Below are positions 57,955 through 64,000 of a DNA stretch of 64,000 nt, in pieces. The translations under genes were made by a program, and so were the position numbers. The stretch is from Tubulanus polymorphus. Its lineage: Eukaryota; Animalia; Nemertea. A model generated the notes under the pieces. It saw nothing but the letters and a program-made list of their open reading frames with translations, had not been told where the DNA came from and did no database searches. The DNA is taken from positions 8,804,001 through 8,868,000 of the forward strand of contig NC_134025.1 of assembly GCF_964204645.1 (NCBI RefSeq), read 5' to 3'. Within the stretch, counting starts at the first letter, position 1. Every line of letters starts with the position of its first letter.

Positions 57955-59860
57955 TCAAACTCGATTATTACACCATTGAACAACAGCATACTTTCCAGTT
58001 GTCATCCAATCAGGATCGTTTGACTCAATTTCCTTATCCTTCCCATCAGCTAGTCCAACGATGATATCAGCTTTCAGAGTTCTCAGTGAACAATGAGGAG
58101 CTGGGTGGAAGCCGCGTAACGCCACTTCATATGGGGTTGTATGCGACCAATTCAAATCGCCACACAATTTACGATAATTCAAGTCTCCTTTCAGAAAAAT
58201 GAAATCGGAAAGTGCCAGCTCAGCATGTAGAGCTGGAGAGATCATTTCCATATGGCTGAAATCAAATGGCGTTGTCCAAAATTCATGTTCCACATACATC
58301 CAAGAATTATTCTTTATTCTTTTGGCCCATTTATTTCCGAAATGAGACAAAGAAGCGTGTTCAGATGATTTCAGAGTGTTCAGTGTCCAAAAGAAATCAC
58401 TGGCTACAACATCAGACACAAACCACGGCAACGCCTTTCCATGGAAATAAACGCTATCTGCAAGTTTGCTACTTAAAAGGAATTCAGCAAAGCATAAGTC
58501 AGTGACCAATTCGAATCCTGCATTATCCAAAACTATATCGACTCTTACACCAGTGGGCCCACGTTCTTCAGAGTTAATTCTTTTCAGATATTCTAACACT
58601 TGCTGCGAGTTGTCAATTAAAATTTTCGACTGCAACATTTCAATTTGAGAGAGAGGGTCAACATTCTGCACATTGTCACCAAGAGCTGATATGGACAGAT
58701 CACACTTGTTTCCCCACAAAGAAACCTATAACGAAAAAATGAACAAAAATCTACAAATCATAGTCGATACAGTGGCTAATATCCAGTTCCAAAAGTTAAG
58801 ATTAGTACCGTAAATGGTACTCAAAGGTCATATTTCTACTCGAAATCCTCATTTAAAAATGGATGTAAAATACTGATTTCCCTCAGTCTACATACTTTCA
58901 GGAATTCATTGAAAAGCTTTTCTGTTTCATTATTTTCATCATTTTCAGCACCATATTCCAGTGTCGAAGTAGTTTTCATAAGAAAATCTAATAGCACCAT
59001 AATAGCTTGTTGACAATTATTAAAACTATCCTCCTTTTGTTGTCGAAAGGGTTTAATATTTTCACGTATATGATCACTACAAAAAAAATCAAAAAGGATA
59101 TATAGGTGAAAAAGTATCCAATATGAAGATGAAAATTTGTAATACCTCAGTTGGAAAGCCTCGTGAATTCTACGATACATATAACATTCGACATAAAGCC
59201 AAGAATCTTCGAACCACGTTGGAGCTTGTTGGAGACTATCGATGCGTGACTGGAGATATTCATTCCATATTTCAGCATCGCGACCATCATCAGTTATTGG
59301 AGTCAAAGGTTTATTAGTTTGTAATTCATTCCGTAGCTTAGATAGTCGACCTACGACATCTTTAACTTGTTCTTTTGCCTCCTGAAAATTAAAAAAAAAT
59401 CTAGTTTTGTAAAATGTACTTTTTCGATGAAGGGCAATATTTTGGCAAGTTTCTTTTAAATACAACACTACTTACACATCCATATTTTTCACCAATTTCA
59501 TTTCTTGTGCGATGAATCGAATCAATAATCTTAGTGAGAATAACAGGTAAGCGATCCTTGATAGTAGCATAAGCAAAAGAGCTAAAAAAACAAAAATGAG
59601 CATTCAACAACTATATCAAAACATATTCAATGGCTTGAAATAATTTATGTTGGTGTAAGAAAATGATTACCAACGTCAACGTCAAAAACGTCAAACGTCA
59701 ACGACGCATGAACGGCTCAAACCGATGTCGATGATCAGATAGATAAGGTAACTTTTTAATTACAAAACTCTGATATACTAAATGGATATATAAATCTCTC
59801 GGATTCTCTTACTCACTCAGAAAACTTTGCCGATAAGGATTCCAGTGGTTTATCTGTCAT
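57955..59860 (-). CDS. ARMT1: Damage-control phosphatase ARMT1 (DUF89), 5 exons
   Basis: SFAYATIKDRLPVILTKIID, WLYVECYMYRRI, LWGNKCDLSIS, DNAGFELVTD, PWFVSDV, KGDLNYRKL, RTLKAD, GKYAVVQ. Confidence 0.95.
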
Positions 59861-60017
59861 TTTTGTCCACTTCTTATCAGAATCTACAAAAATGTCGCTC
59901 AACGACCTTGAGAATAGAGTAATAGCCGCGAGGGACACCCAACAGACTCCGCGACACCAGTGAAGGTCGTTGAGCAAGAATTTTATTCAATTTGGGCCAA
60001 AGTTTTTTTCATTAAAA
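59861..60017. promoter_or_regulatory. 157-bp bidirectional promoter (ARMT1/DDX28) with a 13-bp perfect inverted repeat
   Basis: GCTCAACGACCTT (59897-59909) and AAGGTCGTTGAGC (59963-59975) between divergent ATGs. Confidence 0.7.
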
Positions 60018-62886
60018 ATGCAGTGTTTTTCCGTTTTTAACGGAATATTAAGTGGCCATTCATGTAATAAACTGATGATGAATGTGATCTTAAAGCAGAA
60101 AGTAAGTCCACTCATTAGCTTTAAACTTTAAGTCAATTAACATTCGAACTGTCTCTCGTCATGACTCTGTCAGGTCTCTGTTCCACAAACAACGTAAGGG
60201 AACCGGTAACAACGACTGGTATTCAGACTATCTCTGTGGGGGTTTGTCTAGCTAAGTTTCTAATTTCTTCTTCATACGTAGATCACATACTCAAACTTAC
60301 CTAGAATAACCGTTCCTCAGAAGATGGTGAGAAATATAGATAAAAAAATGCAGGCAAAACGAGAAAGAGAACAAGAACAGAAAACCAGAGAAAACTACTG
60401 GAAAAGAGGCAAAAAAGTTTTGATCGTTTCTAAGAGGAAAGAACTAAATGTTTACCAAGGCCAGCGTTTTCATGATATGGATGAGAAGTCTTTGATTTCA
60501 CATGGATGGAAGCATTTCAAAGCAAAAGGAGACCATTTTACTCTTCAAAATCTTGGCAGGGTACATTTACATTCCTATTGATTGTATTGATAAGTACTGA
60601 ATTGATAAGACCTCGTTTTTCACAAGTTTTAAAAGATCTCTATTAAATCAATGGATATTTCCTCTTTGATTACAGATTCCAGCTTTAAGGAACTTTGGAG
60701 AGAAATCTTTTCAAGACCTCGGTTTGCGAACAGATTTGGTAGAAACACTGAAAGGTACCGGAATTGAAAGCCCTGTCTGTGTTCAGGTTGGTATATCACT
60801 CCTATTTTGTGTAGCAATGTCTTCTTTGAAATGTATGTGTTTCCTACTATTTTAGTGTGAAGCTATCCCAACAATTCTGAAAAAAGACAACATACTTTGT
60901 ACGGCCGAGACAGGTGAAATGGCAATCAGTATTATTCTAAATGTACTTCTTCTTATTCCTCTTATTCTAGGTTTATTACACACTTATCCTTTATTTTATT
61001 TCAGGCAGTGGCAAGACATTAGCCTATCTTTTACCCATCATACAGAGCATTCTTGAATCAAATTCTGAGGAAGAATCTAATGCAAAACCCGTTAAACAAC
61101 CACATTGTCTTATATTACTTCCTACAAAGGAATTGGTCATCCAAGTAGAGGTTTGTAATTTAGTGATTACTTTAATAAGGATTACATGATTTCATACCGT
61201 TCCTTTTTCGGCGCAGAATTACCAAATAATGTTCTACATGTAGTAATGTACATAATGTTTCAGAGTGTTGTTCAACAATTTGCCAAAACATTATCATTAA
61301 ATGTTAAAGTATTCTGTCAGGGAAGACCAGTAAAGTCTGATGGTAACGCTATAGATATACTTATAGCTACACCGGGTGCATGTTTGAAGTCAGTTAAATA
61401 TGGTAAGAACTTTCTTTCATAAAATTCTTTGAGTTCTTGTGAAGATTTTAGTTATAAATCTATTGGAAGTAAACAAGATTTCTTATGCTATACATCATAG
61501 GCGGTTACAGTCTTGCCAGGGCCAAGCACATTGTATTGGATGAAGCCGATACTTTATTAGATGATAGCTTCCATCCATACATATCTGCGTTATTAAAGGA
61601 AAGTCAGGTACGAAAATTCCATTTTACCACACTACCGATTCATTTATTATCATATAGCCCAACAAGTTATGATTATCTTTAGATACAAGGTTCCAGCTCC
61701 GAAACACCGAGTAATTTCGGTACTCAAATGATATTAGTTGGTGCTACAAAACCGCGGGATTTAGAAGGAATACTAGGGGACATAATTCCAGTGAGTTGGC
61801 ATTCTTAATGTAAACAATAATCATTTCCAAAAATGTGGAAATCCATTGCAATCATAGGATGATGATGTCTTTGTAGCTCGATTCCTTGACAAAGGTGAAT
61901 GCTCCCTTTTTACACAAGTTGCCACCACATATTCCACAGAAATTTCTTCGCATTGGTCCAGATGATCGACCTGGTAAGTTGTCGCATTGAAAAATATGCG
62001 AACTTCTATAGCTGCACCAATATAGTAACAATTGCGGTATCATTGTGCATTTCAGGGGCAATTCTGACTACAGTGACAAAAAATGCTAAATCAAATATAC
62101 CGACTATTGTCTTTTGTAATAAGTCATCCACAGCTCACTGGATGGGACATTTCTTTGAGGATAGCGGTACTTCTCATGTTCTGCTTACAGGAGCAATGCC
62201 TAATAAGGTACTTATTTGTAATGACATATTTGTTGTCATTATAATTTTTCAATTCATGAAATTTGTTATCTATCAGATGAGCATCACTTTTCCAGATCAG
62301 AGATGGTAGATTTGAACAGTTTCAAAACGGAGAAACAAACCTTTTAGTTACAACTGATATAGCATCGAGAGGACTGGATACCATTAGGGTATATAGGAAA
62401 TGATGAATCCACATGAATTCTTTGCTGCCTTGTTTTCACTAACTGTCATGTATTTTAGGCTCAACATGTGATCAACTACGAATTTCCGACCTTCATGTCT
62501 GACTATATACACAGAGTTGGAAGACTTGGGCGACTTGGTAGCAAGTGTACAGGATTTGTGCTGAATTATATCACTTATAGGTTCGATGTTGAACTTGTCT
62601 GGCAAATTGAGGTACGATCATCATTACTACTACATTCCTGCTAGTACACTTTCTCATGCGTGTCGTAGCTTTTTCGCAAGATACATGTATTCTAATTAAT
62701 TTTGTCCAGATTGCGGCAAGAAAAGCGGCTGGACTACACAACGTGAATGCAAATATCAAGCGGAAACTGGTGACAAAAGCCGTGAATTCTGGTAGTGAAC
62801 CTATGTTAGATTTCAATGGCTTAGATGAAGACGACGAAGATGACAGTGAAATACCTCCATATAATACACATGATATTGACAGTTAG
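60018..62886 (+). CDS. DDX28: Mitochondrial DEAD-box RNA helicase DDX28, about 14 exons (start codon tentative)
   Basis: GWKHFKAKGDHFTL N-terminal signature; AETGSGKT, PTKEL, ATPG, DEAD, GAT, TDIASRGLD, HRVGRLGR. Confidence 0.88.
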
Positions 62887-62999
62887 CATTTCACTTTGTA
62901 ATCTACTTAAACAAAATAAAAACCAGATATTAAATGAGTTCGTCTCTCTGTTCACTTTGAGCGTCTGGAATGCAAATGACCACAAGCTATAAACTGATA

Positions 63000-64000
63000 C
63001 AACACATTTAAATTTTTATATCAAGCTTTATTCAATAACTTTTATTATTAATTACTAAATGATATAAATATAAGGCAAAACTTTTTGATTGTTTCTCATA
63101 CATCTCTATGTCTCACACATTTGGTCTTGCAGGATCAGTGACTTCATGAATGGAAGAATTAATACGGTTTTACACTGAAATTGGATATGAAAATTTTAAA
63201 TATGATAGAAGAAAGTACACTAAAGCCCTACTGGTTTGTATTATACTAAGTATACAATGTACAAAGGCGAAAATTCGTATCGGTTTACAAAGCTCATTCC
63301 CTAGGAGGACTGGCCTCAGTGAGAATCCTGACTCGCCCCTTCCATCATAACGTCATGGTATTTCAGATCACAGATAGTTTTGGCACATGTGACAATACTA
63401 CGAAAAATTGCCACACAAATCCATGTAGGGACTAATGTTCGGTTTCTCAAGTTTCTACAAAGTATAGATAACATTTTTGTTACACTTTATAAAGGCTTCA
63501 AATGAGGCTTACTAAAACTACTTAACTTGACATTGCATATAAAATTCATTGGGCAGATCAATCAAAAATAGAATAAGATTTCATTATCTTTACATATAAA
63601 TAACTTTAAAATAATTAAGCTGCCTTTAAAACTTTACCATATCCTACTAACTACATATATGTGTATATTAGTGTATAATTATTATATTATTCAAATATCA
63701 TTACAAAGTACATACTTACTTGCATGTATTTTCAAGTACATTTTGTATTTACATTAGTATTGATTATAAATCATTATTAACATGACAAATTCAAATCATC
63801 CTTATTTTCTCATGGTACAAAATAGAAGATATGCTGATTGTGCAATGATACCTTACCGAAAATTGATAAGAAGCACACTACATAAATGCAATAAATCATA
63901 ATACGTACATGAACTGGAAACACATTCGGTGAAAAAATGAAGTTACGAAGTACATGACATTTATTCAGACAAGCTTTCCCAACATCCTAATAATACTGAA
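63000..64000 (-). other. Probable 3'UTR of a convergent gene beyond the right edge
   Basis: Very AT-rich, with minus-strand AATAAA signals near 63028-63046 and no credible ORF. Confidence 0.3.

Overview
AT-rich, intron-containing animal (bilaterian invertebrate-like) genomic DNA; the lineage cannot be fixed from this window alone. Bases ~1-44,000 are gene-poor. They hold one probable signal-peptide exon with an upstream non-coding exon (7.4-9.8 kb, minus strand), long (TA)n and (CTG)n microsatellites, many MITE/fold-back elements and clustered transcription-factor motifs. Bases ~45,000-63,000 form a compact block of six spliced genes: an orphan (-), HHAT (-), GSTZ1 (+), a Lefty-like TGF-beta prodomain-only gene (-), ARMT1 (-) and DDX28 (+), including two head-to-head pairs. 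The standout is the 221-aa secreted Lefty-like protein. It keeps Lefty prodomain motifs, a furin site and Lefty-type intron positions, but has no cysteine and stops before the cystine-knot growth-factor domain. All homology calls come from recalled family motifs, not database searches.
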